A stretch of DNA of 64,000 nucleotides, from IMG/VR virus record IMGVR_UViG_3300015214_000024, positions 73,787-137,786 of that record. The stretch is one strand, 5' to 3'. A model generated the notes under the pieces. That model was not told where the DNA came from, ran no database searches, and saw only the letters and a program-made list of their open reading frames with translations. Positions 29,553 through 38,203 of this stretch are shown in pieces. The position numbers were made by a program, and so were the translations under genes. Every line of letters begins with the position of its first letter. Positions within the stretch are counted from its first letter, which is position 1. This stretch comes from a virus (lineage: Duplodnaviria; Heunggongvirae; Uroviricota; Caudoviricetes).

Positions 29553-30766
29553 CAATCTATTCCTAAAAATGCTGGATAATTACGTAATGGTTCACCAGCA
29601 TTGCTCCAATAATGGATTATCCACTTGTTATATTTTTTAATAGTTTTTGTTTTAAACAATAGTACATTATTACGGCAATCATAGTCAAAATATTCATATA
29701 TTGTTGAAGCATTGACTCTTACCATTTTTTGTGCAAATTTAGTTATTTTATTACTATGATAATGATTATAGTAGTTACTCCAAATTGTTAATAAAGTAAA
29801 CAATAAAGGTTTGTGGCATCCATTTTCATAATTATTTTTAAACTTGTCAGTAGCTATACCTAACGGCTTTCCAGTAATGTTTGGTTGACAATATATTACA
29901 TCTGAGTTATATTGCCTCCAATCATTTGATGAAACATAGCTGATTAATGACGGTTTATCAAATGAGCCTAATTTGTTTTTCCACCAATCTAATTCTGGAC
30001 ATTCATACGAGGCATAATTAAAAGCACCAAACATATCACGATCGTACCATTTTTTAAGCATCATTTCAATGTTGGAATTACCTAATTGGTTAATTACTGG
30101 AAGGACAGATGGGTTTTTACAGAATGAGTAACGACTGCCACCAGCGTCGCCTTTCGCACTAATTGGGATATTATTGTGAAAAAAGTCAACATTTAAAAAA
30201 TTACCAGTGGCTGGGAAAAAAATACTCCCACCTGCATTTTTTAATCGATTATATGCCAACGCAATCTCGCCAAAATCACTAGTGATTACACCTTTGTTAC
30301 TTTTCAATGCAGGAGTTATATTAAATGCGCTAGTGCCATCAATACTGTCTAAAATATGTTGGCACCCACTGATTAAATCTCCGTGTTGGTCAGACTTTGC
30401 CAGTGCTGTGATGACGTCATCTTTCATTTCATCAATATTTGTGTAAGTTTTTCCACCCAATCCTAATAAAACTGGTGAAAATGACTTTCGAACCGCACTG
30501 TCACCATTAGTAACTATCAAAGTTTGATAGCTATTATAGTTTACTAAGAAAACGTGCTCTCTTAAATCTTTTCCGCAAGTGATTGGATATTCTTGAGTTG
30601 ATACTCGTTCATAAGTTATATCCAATTCGTCTAAGAATGACAACACCTCTTGTTCTTTCGCTTTTACCCGAATTCCAAATAGTGAATTTTTTGTTTTCTT
30701 ATCACATTTAAAACCAGCGCTTCGTAAAAAACGTAAGACTGTAGTGACATTACTACTGACCATCAT
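29552..30766 (-). CDS. Putative PD-(D/E)xK endonuclease (restriction-like)
   Basis: SDFGEI...FPATGNFLNVDF...ISAK pattern; coupled to the methyltransferase. Confidence 0.5.
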   Translation of the reverse strand: MMVSSNVTTVLRFLRSAGFKCDKKTKNSLFGIRVKAKEQEVLSFLDELDITYERVSTQEYPITCGKDLREHVFLVNYNSYQTLIVTNGDSAVRKSFSPVLLGLGGKTYTNIDEMKDDVITALAKSDQHGDLISGCQHILDSIDGTSAFNITPALKSNKGVITSDFGEIALAYNRLKNAGGSIFFPATGNFLNVDFFHNNIPISAKGDAGGSRYSFCKNPSVLPVINQLGNSNIEMMLKKWYDRDMFGAFNYASYECPELDWWKNKLGSFDKPSLISYVSSNDWRQYNSDVIYCQPNITGKPLGIATDKFKNNYENGCHKPLLFTLLTIWSNYYNHYHSNKITKFAQKMVRVNASTIYEYFDYDCRNNVLLFKTKTIKKYNKWIIHYWSNAGEPLRNYPAFLGID

Positions 30767-30805
30767 TTTTAACCTTTTATTATTTTAATTATTGTTAAAA
30801 ATTAA

Positions 30806-32596
30806 TTAAATTTCGTATGACTCTTCATAGCTGTATTCTGTAAAGTCATTTTCTTTAGTAACCAACAGCACGGTATTAACTCGAGCAACAAACTCATCCT
30901 TATGTGAGATAAGGAAGACGTTCTTTTTGTTGTCACGTGCCATATATTTTAACATACCCAAAGCAGCTTCACCGCCAGCAGTATCCATACCATTATCGAC
31001 CAATTCATCAATGAAGAGAACGTTTAGTTCATTTTTAGTGTTCTCATAAACATCTCTGAATGCCATACTTAGGCTCAGGATCAAACGAGTGCTTTCACCA
31101 GTGCTCAAGTTGTCAAAGTCAAAATCTTGACCAAGCTTGGTGATTTCTACACTCAAATCGCTCAAGAACTTGACTGAATGAGGCAATCCCATTTTGTGCA
31201 AGTAATGGCTAAGTTGTGTATTGAGATAACCCAAGTTCTTCTCAATAATCCTCTTTCTGATAACAGAATTCTTGTCAGTTAGCAATTTATAAAGGAAGTC
31301 TTGGTGGTCCTTCATTACAATCAATTCATTCAATTGTGTATAGTCAATATCAGTCAATGAAGTAGTCTTCAAATTCTCAATTTGATCATCATATGGATTG
31401 GAAAGATTGATTTGATTCTCTAATTGAACTTCAAGCTTATGCAAGTTGTTCTTATGATCATATGCATCATCTAATGTTTTATAGTGAGTCTTGGAAGGTA
31501 TGGTTCCCATTTCATCAAGCAATTTCTGCTTTGAATCTTTACGCTCTTGTGCAGTGTTTAAAAGTTCTAACTGATCTTGTAACTTTATGGCAGTCTTTTC
31601 CAATTCACTTTCAACCTTGCTCACCATTTCTTGATGCTGGTCGTCGTGTAAATCGTGACCACAAGCGTGGCATTTTTTATTCAACAAATTAGTAAAATCG
31701 TCTTGCAATTTCAAAAACATATGTTCAATAGTATCGTATGAATTTTGCTCAATATTGAGATTTCGTGTAGCATCTCTCAAGTCTTTTTCTAAAACTCTAT
31801 ACTGGTCAATATTTTTGTGAGCATTAATTTCAACGTCAATGTCAATTTCCATCATAACTGCAATATTTTCAGTAATGGTATCCATATCTCGTTGATACTT
31901 GGATTGCCAAACTTTATGCTTATTCTTCAAATCATTAATAGTTTGTTGAACTTTGTCATTTTGAGTTTTAATGATGTTGATTTTCATTTCTTCTTGATCA
32001 ATGAGTTTCCGCGTCTCCTTGATCAGTTCTTTTAGTAGTTCAGCTTTTTCAGACAGCTCAGTAATGCCCAAAAGTTCCTCAATGATTTCTTTTTGGGGAC
32101 CTGGCTTTTCATTCAAGAATGGTGTTGTCTTGGTAGTAATTCCTACAATATGTTTGAACAATGTATAGGAAAGGCCTATGACTCGATTTACTTCCTTTTG
32201 GGTTACTGAATTTTCACCTTGTGATTCATTGCCTTCTTTAGTGTTGACCATTGAATCATTAACGTAAAATTCAAAAATGTTAGGACCACGGCCTCTTACG
32301 ATCTTGTATTTGTTGCCACCCTTTTCAAAATATAACTCAACTGACATATTTTTTTTGTTAGTTTTGTTAATTAGGTTATTGAGCTTGATGTTATTTGATA
32401 TCGGTTGGCCATAGATTGCATACGCTAATGCGTGGAGCAATGTTGATTTGCCCACACCGTTTCTTGAACCATTACCGCCCATATCCAAGTTATTGCCTAA
32501 AATCAGCGTTAATGAATAATCGTCAAGCTGAATTTCCTGCGGAGCATTACCAACAGAAAGGAAGTTCTTTATTATTATTTTTTTAAACTTGATCAT
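30806..32596 (-). CDS. 46: Recombination endonuclease ATPase subunit (gp46 / SbcC / Rad50-like)
   Basis: Walker A GVGKS, Zn-hook CHAC, signature LSTGE, Walker B FIDE. Confidence 0.95.
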   Translation of the reverse strand: MIKFKKIIIKNFLSVGNAPQEIQLDDYSLTLILGNNLDMGGNGSRNGVGKSTLLHALAYAIYGQPISNNIKLNNLINKTNKKNMSVELYFEKGGNKYKIVRGRGPNIFEFYVNDSMVNTKEGNESQGENSVTQKEVNRVIGLSYTLFKHIVGITTKTTPFLNEKPGPQKEIIEELLGITELSEKAELLKELIKETRKLIDQEEMKINIIKTQNDKVQQTINDLKNKHKVWQSKYQRDMDTITENIAVMMEIDIDVEINAHKNIDQYRVLEKDLRDATRNLNIEQNSYDTIEHMFLKLQDDFTNLLNKKCHACGHDLHDDQHQEMVSKVESELEKTAIKLQDQLELLNTAQERKDSKQKLLDEMGTIPSKTHYKTLDDAYDHKNNLHKLEVQLENQINLSNPYDDQIENLKTTSLTDIDYTQLNELIVMKDHQDFLYKLLTDKNSVIRKRIIEKNLGYLNTQLSHYLHKMGLPHSVKFLSDLSVEITKLGQDFDFDNLSTGESTRLILSLSMAFRDVYENTKNELNVLFIDELVDNGMDTAGGEAALGMLKYMARDNKKNVFLISHKDEFVARVNTVLLVTKENDFTEYSYEESYEI

Positions 32597-32605
32597 TGCG
32601 TGCCT

Positions 32606-33637
32606 TTAAAGTGATAATGTTCTGTAGATATTCATTAGCAAATCTGAATCAATAGTATTACTATCGATTGAACTAATGTATTTCATAACAATGGAGTCAA
32701 CTGATTCAAGATCTGATTCTTCAACAGCCAAGTCATCATCCTGTTCTTCATAAACAGCACTAAGTGACAAATCTCTAGGGTCATAAGTCTTTTCTAGAAG
32801 ATCGCGCAAGTATGTTGACATTTCATATGTTAGAATCAAATCATTCTCAATTCTAATATATGTCATATCATCAATATATTTTGGAGGGTTCTTTAAAAGC
32901 TGTGAAAGTTTAATTTTTCGATACTTTGGCGCTTTTGGCCAAGATTTATATTGTGGAACTCCGCCCCATTCAAGCATACATATGCCGCGATCGTCATCCC
33001 AAGCGTCTGAAAAGTCGTGAGGAAAGCAGTTGCCAGTATAATGAATATTGCCTTTGATTTGTCTCTTATGGAAATGGCCTGAGAATACATATTCCGGCTT
33101 GGTGATATCTTCTGCTCGAAGTTCACCAGTGTCTGGCATCTCAACCATCGCATTCATTTTAAAATGCGGAAGCTCAAAATGTCCCATCATATACTTACAT
33201 TCAAGTTCTTTGACTTTTTTCCATTCGTCATTCACTAGCCACGGAACAATTGCTACTTGGCCTTCAAGGAAAATGTCTGATATGATATGTACATTGTCTA
33301 ATTGGCGACCAAACTCGATAGAATTAATTTCCCGTTTGTCGCGATAGTATAAGTCGTGGTTGCCAGTAATCAAATAAACATTTTTAAATGCTTTGCTGAG
33401 TCGCTCAATATTTGATATTGTATAGTTGATAGTGCTGACATTGATTCTTGCTCGGTTGTGGTGCCAATCACCATTGAAGAAACAAGTCTCTGCACCAAAC
33501 TTTTTAGCCTCTTCAATCATCCAGATAATGAAGTTTTCACAATCCACATTATGTTGGCGACTGTCATTGCTTTTCCCAAAGTGTATATCTGTAAAAATTA
33601 CAGCTTTTTCAAAAAGTTGATCAGTTGATACGTTCAT
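32606..33637 (-). CDS. 47: Recombination endonuclease nuclease subunit (gp47 / SbcD / Mre11-like)
   Basis: DIH, GDWHH, GNHD, GHFH metallophosphoesterase motifs; start reassigned to ATG 33637. Confidence 0.95.
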   Translation of the reverse strand: MNVSTDQLFEKAVIFTDIHFGKSNDSRQHNVDCENFIIWMIEEAKKFGAETCFFNGDWHHNRARINVSTINYTISNIERLSKAFKNVYLITGNHDLYYRDKREINSIEFGRQLDNVHIISDIFLEGQVAIVPWLVNDEWKKVKELECKYMMGHFELPHFKMNAMVEMPDTGELRAEDITKPEYVFSGHFHKRQIKGNIHYTGNCFPHDFSDAWDDDRGICMLEWGGVPQYKSWPKAPKYRKIKLSQLLKNPPKYIDDMTYIRIENDLILTYEMSTYLRDLLEKTYDPRDLSLSAVYEEQDDDLAVEESDLESVDSIVMKYISSIDSNTIDSDLLMNIYRTLSL

Positions 33638-33710
33638 GTATTTCTCTTTATTAGAAATTTCTACTAATGTTATATTAATGGTAGGCTGGCGAATAATCAA
33701 TATATTTTGG

Positions 33711-33926
33711 CTATATTTTTTTCCACATTGGATTATATGGATCACTACTTACATTGACGAATAATGTGCATCCCACTGGGTCGAACTGTATTTCGCCTAT
33801 GGATGGTGTCGAAACATAACCGTATCGAGTCTTGAACCCAATAACTTGATTCAAGTGTGGGAGATCGCCCCACTCTGGAAATGATCCAAATGTGGCATCT
33901 AGCCAATTTAATAGTCTTTTTTTCAC
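33711..33926 (-). CDS. Minigene C: leader plus capsid fragment QVIGFKTRYGY
   Basis: 3' part of ORF 33711..34169. GTG 33926 lies just after the upstream stop (ATG 33944 is an alternative). MKKRLLNWLDATFGSFP...NQVIGFKTRYGYV matches MCP EQVVGFTTRYGYL. Confidence 0.7.
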   Translation of the reverse strand: MKKRLLNWLDATFGSFPEWGDLPHLNQVIGFKTRYGYVSTPSIGEIQFDPVGCTLFVNVSSDPYNPMWKKI

Positions 33927-33930
33927 AGCA

Positions 33931-34794
33931 TTATTTCTCTTCATCAAAAAACAAATCAAACAAGTTCTCAACGAACGGTGTATATTTCTGTTTAGGTTTG
34001 CCTTCATTATTTTTTGCACGTTCATACTTGTCAAATTCACACATAACATTTTGCAAATCCTGTGCGTGGAACGGTTCGTCTTTAAAATGCTTGTTGACTT
34101 CTTTAAGTAATTTTTGCAAATGTAATAGCCAGTCGTCAGCCATCCAGGCATCATTTTTATTTCTACCAAAAACCCGATTTAAACCACGTTGTGATCCTGG
34201 TCCTGGTGCGGCCCAAGTCCACCAGTCAGATGCATTTTTTAATATTGGAGTATATTTCATATCAGCTACTACTTGAGCACCTGTAAAGCTTCCTACTCCA
34301 TAGCAAGAAAGTAATTTTTTATGGAAAGATTCCAAGGTATCATTCTTAGTGGGTCTTATTTTTGCTCGATTTTCCCACATTGGATTGAGTAGTTTTTGAA
34401 CAAGAAAATCTTGTTTTGGGCCAGACCAGTTTGGAGTGGCAATCATATATGCTGGATTGTAAATTTTAAGGTTTTTTGATTGTCGCATTGCCACCATATT
34501 GAGGAATTTGTCTGGATCCCAAGGAACCGGATATCCAAGGTCGCTCATTGAATCAATGTTATTTAAGGCCATTCTAGCTACAGCCATAGCGAACCACAGA
34601 TCTGGATCTAAATTATTAGGTTCTCGCCAGTTATCATTAATCCAAATAGTTACTCGGTCGTCTTCCCGACGCATATTACAAAACCGGTAGGTTTCAATAA
34701 TAGTGTCACCAATATATGGTACACCATTTAATTTTGCTTTACGGGCCTCCTCCCGTTTAGTGATGAACTCTACAACATCCTGATCTCGCATCAT
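33931..34794 (-). CDS. aGPT-Pplase clade 1 / 5-hmdU DNA kinase helical-domain-like protein
   Basis: YRFCNMRREDDRVT, GPGSQRGL, LQNVMCEFDKY motifs. Confidence 0.7.
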   Translation of the reverse strand: MMRDQDVVEFITKREEARKAKLNGVPYIGDTIIETYRFCNMRREDDRVTIWINDNWREPNNLDPDLWFAMAVARMALNNIDSMSDLGYPVPWDPDKFLNMVAMRQSKNLKIYNPAYMIATPNWSGPKQDFLVQKLLNPMWENRAKIRPTKNDTLESFHKKLLSCYGVGSFTGAQVVADMKYTPILKNASDWWTWAAPGPGSQRGLNRVFGRNKNDAWMADDWLLHLQKLLKEVNKHFKDEPFHAQDLQNVMCEFDKYERAKNNEGKPKQKYTPFVENLFDLFFDEEK

Positions 34795-35051
34795 TCTGAC
34801 TCACCATTAGGTTCATTATCATCTTCATCGTTTTCCTGGCTTCCTGTATATTTGGATCTTAATGAAAAAATAGAGGCAGTCGGACCAGTCATTGGTTGAA
34901 CCCCGCATATATCGTGAGCAATGATAGATGGCATCACTCTTCGAATAATTGGCAAAATAACTTTATCATATTGAGGTTTACACGCCTCATTTAATGATGG
35001 AAAAGTACCAAACCAATATTTCAACCAATTTTTGATTTTATTGATTATCAT
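34791..35051 (-). CDS. Minigene B: leader plus Gol-region capsid fragment
   Basis: KVILPIIRRVMPSIIAHDICGVQPMTGPTASIFSLRSKY is identical at 25 of 39 positions to this window's MCP. Confidence 0.85.
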   Translation of the reverse strand: MIINKIKNWLKYWFGTFPSLNEACKPQYDKVILPIIRRVMPSIIAHDICGVQPMTGPTASIFSLRSKYTGSQENDEDDNEPNGESE

Positions 35052-35292
35052 CGTGATGTTTCTTTAATAGTTCTGCCATTGTGAATGATTTGCCAGTTGT
35101 CATATCGACAATTTTTGTATTAGACAGATTGATAGTCAATGGAACATACGGACAATAGAAAGCAGAAGCATCGAACATCTGCTTTCCTTTGTAACCCAGG
35201 ATCAAACTAAAATGGTCATCAATATTAATTATTCGTCCGAAGTGTTTTTCGAACCAATTCTTAATTTTATTTAGATGGTGTTTCACTTTCAT
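35038..35292 (-). CDS. Minigene A: leader plus capsid fragment GYKG-x4-DASAFYCPYVPL
   Basis: ORF 35038..35346; likely start ATG 35292. Matches MCP GYKGEGTEVDAAAYYCPYIPL. Confidence 0.8.
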   Translation of the reverse strand: MKVKHHLNKIKNWFEKHFGRIINIDDHFSLILGYKGKQMFDASAFYCPYVPLTINLSNTKIVDMTTGKSFTMAELLKKHHDDNQ

Positions 35293-36208
35293 TAGGTTCG
35301 GCTTCTTTCTTAACTTTACCAAACATTCCCTTTTTACCATCAGCAACTTGCGGCATCATTCTGCGTGGCTTGTTTTTCTCTCTAAAATGACCATTGCTAA
35401 TGTGCCATTGGTCACTAGTTTCAAGCTCATTAGTAATTTGTCGACTCATTGATGGCGCTTGTCCACTATTTTCTAACAGGTCATCGCGCAAATCACGATC
35501 TTTCTTTTCAGTATTGAGAACACGTTTGAAGGTGTTATATACACACGTGGTTAAGAACGCGAATGGGTTTAACATAGTCCCGCGGGACTCGTTGAATTGA
35601 AGACCAACCATTGAGAGTTGGAGTAATGCTGAACTTTTCATATCGTCTAGATATGAATAATTTCGCCAGTTTGACTTCTGCCCAATCTTTTCAACCAATA
35701 GATAATACATTTTGCCAAGTTTCGCAGTGGTCCTACCGTGATCGGTTGAGAATTGACCATCCTGGGTGTGATGACTCTTTAGAACCGTTCGGACATCATC
35801 ACCATCAAATATTACGTGAATAAATGGTGGAAAATTAACTTTCATATATCCATCTGAGAGTTTTTTCTTCATTTTGTCATCGGGCCAGTTTGGATCAAGC
35901 GGTATGTGGTCAAATGACATAATTCGTATCACCAAGTCGTCTTTAGTCACAACGGGATCAGTTTCACCATATTCTTTAACCAATCGTTTTTCTCGGGTTT
36001 CAATCAAGCTTTCAATCCACGAATCAAAATCAACAAACATTGTTTTTTTGAATAAGTCTCGATTTGTTAGTATTTCGGGATTGTCGATAATAGTATCATA
36101 GTCTGTAAATTTTGGATCTTCATAATAACAGTAGGTCATTTTACTCTTGTGTATTTCTTTGACCAGATCCTTGTTGTTTAGGTAATTGGTAGTTGATCGT
36201 TTTGCCAT
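35267..36208 (-). CDS. 55: Late-transcription sigma factor (T4 gp55-like)
   Basis: NYLNNKDL, NWRNYSYLDDM, NPFAFLT...EKK motifs; 55-47-46 synteny. Confidence 0.85.
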   Translation of the reverse strand: MAKRSTTNYLNNKDLVKEIHKSKMTYCYYEDPKFTDYDTIIDNPEILTNRDLFKKTMFVDFDSWIESLIETREKRLVKEYGETDPVVTKDDLVIRIMSFDHIPLDPNWPDDKMKKKLSDGYMKVNFPPFIHVIFDGDDVRTVLKSHHTQDGQFSTDHGRTTAKLGKMYYLLVEKIGQKSNWRNYSYLDDMKSSALLQLSMVGLQFNESRGTMLNPFAFLTTCVYNTFKRVLNTEKKDRDLRDDLLENSGQAPSMSRQITNELETSDQWHISNGHFREKNKPRRMMPQVADGKKGMFGKVKKEAEPNESETPSK

Positions 36209-36391
36209 TCAGTAGGGTCTCTCAGTTCTGCTTGACGGGTTGATGTGAATATGTTATCACCGCGCCATAAATATCTGTCTTATAGATAGATTGTAGTATA
36301 TTGTGGTCAAGAAAGTCGATATTTCTGGACACAGGAAAGCTCTGATTAAGTGATTTTTAGCAAATAAATAGTGTATTAGAGGGTAGGTTAG

Positions 36392-36991
36392 ATGAAAATT
36401 ACAGAAGTTAGCAACTTTGATGGTAAGAAAACGGCAGTATTTTCATTTGCCAGGATGAACCCGCCGACTGTTGGGCATCAAAAATTAATTGGTAAAGTAA
36501 TATCAGAAGCTCAGGCAATGTCATCTCCATATTTTATTATGATTAGTCATACTGTTGATAAGAAAAAGAATCCTTTACCATATGACATAAAAATGAAATT
36601 TATTAAATCCTGTTTTCCGTCTATCAAATTTATGGATGCGGTAACTTTGGAAAAAGATGGTGAAACCAAAACGGTGAAAACACCATTTGAGATGTTAGAA
36701 TATCTATGCCAGCAAGGATATCGAAATGCCATAATGGTGGTTGGTGCAGATCGTGTTGAGAATTTTGAAAATATGATCAGACCCTATATTGGTAAAGATT
36801 TTGATTTAGACTCCTTCAAAGTAATTAGTGCTGGTGAACGGACTGGTGAGGAAACTAATGAACAAGCTTCAGGAACTTTAGTTAGACAGCTTGTTAAAAT
36901 GGATATGAAAGACGAGTTTGATAAGTTCATACCAACCACCAATCAAAAGATAAAAGACGAACTTTTTGACGAATTAAAAAAATACTTATAA
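36392..36991 (+). CDS. Cytidyltransferase-like (HxGH-type) nucleotidyltransferase
   Basis: FARMNPPTVGHQKL, VVGADRV, ISAGER, ASGTLVR motifs. Confidence 0.8.
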   Translation: MKITEVSNFDGKKTAVFSFARMNPPTVGHQKLIGKVISEAQAMSSPYFIMISHTVDKKKNPLPYDIKMKFIKSCFPSIKFMDAVTLEKDGETKTVKTPFEMLEYLCQQGYRNAIMVVGADRVENFENMIRPYIGKDFDLDSFKVISAGERTGEETNEQASGTLVRQLVKMDMKDEFDKFIPTTNQKIKDELFDELKKYL

Positions 36992-37006
36992 AGGAATTCG
37001 TAATGA

Positions 37007-38203
37007 ATGGCATATACGGACGCTGATTTACTTAATATCTATAAAGGATATACATATGGAATAGCATCTTCTGAAACTAAAATTCAGAATATGAGCTCTT
37101 CTGATAAAACAAGATTAGCATCACTGGCTGAAACTGATTGGTATGCTGAAAATTCAACTCAAAGTGCAAATGCTATATTAAAATTAACTGACGTTCCATT
37201 CAGTGCATCATTGATTAGGAATGTTAAAGCATACAATTCAAATTCCTCGAATAACCAAGATAATAAAATATACTCAAGCACGTCATTGGCGGTGGAAGAT
37301 TCGTCACCATTAAGTATTACTTCTGACTTATCTAGATTTTCCACATCATTTAATGATAGTGTAGACAATACGGCTCCCGGAAGTGATATAGTTGTAAATC
37401 AATCCGCCATTCGCAGTGCTTTGAGCTCATCATCACTTCTGAGCACATCATCATTATTGTCATCCTCTAATGCCAATAGCATTTCAAGTAGCTCATCAAC
37501 AATAGTGCCACAGCCAAAGAACGATAGAAGGGTTCGTATATCACCCAGAGCTGCGGTATTTGATCAAATGATTACTTCATCTGGAATAATGAGCCCATTG
37601 CGCGAAACATATGGATTTATGTTTCCCATAACTCCATCAATTTCAGAAACTATTGAAACAAATTACGAATCTTATGATATTGTTCACGGCTTAATGCCAA
37701 TTCAAGCTTTCAAATCAGGTGGCGCAAAAACACTTACAGTGAGTGGTACGTTTGTAGCTCAGACGGATGTTGAAGCTAGATACTGCTTGGCTTGTATCCA
37801 TTTTATAAGATCATTTTCAAAAATGAACTTTGGTGACAGTGATCCAAATGCAGGTACTCCACCACCAATCTTAGTGTTCAATGCTTACGGGGATGCTGCT
37901 TTCCACAACATACCAGTCATTATATCACAAGCCAGCTTGGATTGGCCAAATGACGTTGATTACGTATATACCACAGCTGATTCAACAATTGGTAATTCAA
38001 GCGTGGCATTCAGAACTAATGCAAATAGTACAAGAGCATCCGCACGTTCAGCAGCATCGATGGTGGCTGATGGGTGGGTGCCGTCGAAGTTTACCATATC
38101 CGTCACATTAACAGTTCAACATACTGCATCAAGGTTGCGTAAATTTAATTTAGAATCATTCAGAAATGGATCACTTTTGACTGGTAATGGAGGCTGGATA
38201 TAA
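37007..38203 (+). CDS. Baseplate / tail tube initiator-like protein with Ser-rich N-terminal region
   Basis: FPITPSI, GTPPPILVFNAYG, IPVII...PNDVDY; position in baseplate operon. Confidence 0.65.
   Translation: MAYTDADLLNIYKGYTYGIASSETKIQNMSSSDKTRLASLAETDWYAENSTQSANAILKLTDVPFSASLIRNVKAYNSNSSNNQDNKIYSSTSLAVEDSSPLSITSDLSRFSTSFNDSVDNTAPGSDIVVNQSAIRSALSSSSLLSTSSLLSSSNANSISSSSSTIVPQPKNDRRVRISPRAAVFDQMITSSGIMSPLRETYGFMFPITPSISETIETNYESYDIVHGLMPIQAFKSGGAKTLTVSGTFVAQTDVEARYCLACIHFIRSFSKMNFGDSDPNAGTPPPILVFNAYGDAAFHNIPVIISQASLDWPNDVDYVYTTADSTIGNSSVAFRTNANSTRASARSAASMVADGWVPSKFTISVTLTVQHTASRLRKFNLESFRNGSLLTGNGGWI

Noticed and set aside
33638-33745. N-terminal extension of gp47 in the ORF track
   Set aside because: Overlaps minigene C and lacks family similarity; ATG 33637 fits better.
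33927-34276. 5' part of ORF 33711..34169, and + strand ORFs 33857..34276 and 33892..34110
   Set aside because: Overlap the well-supported aGPT-like gene; treated as shadow frames. Only the 3' part (33711-33926) is retained.
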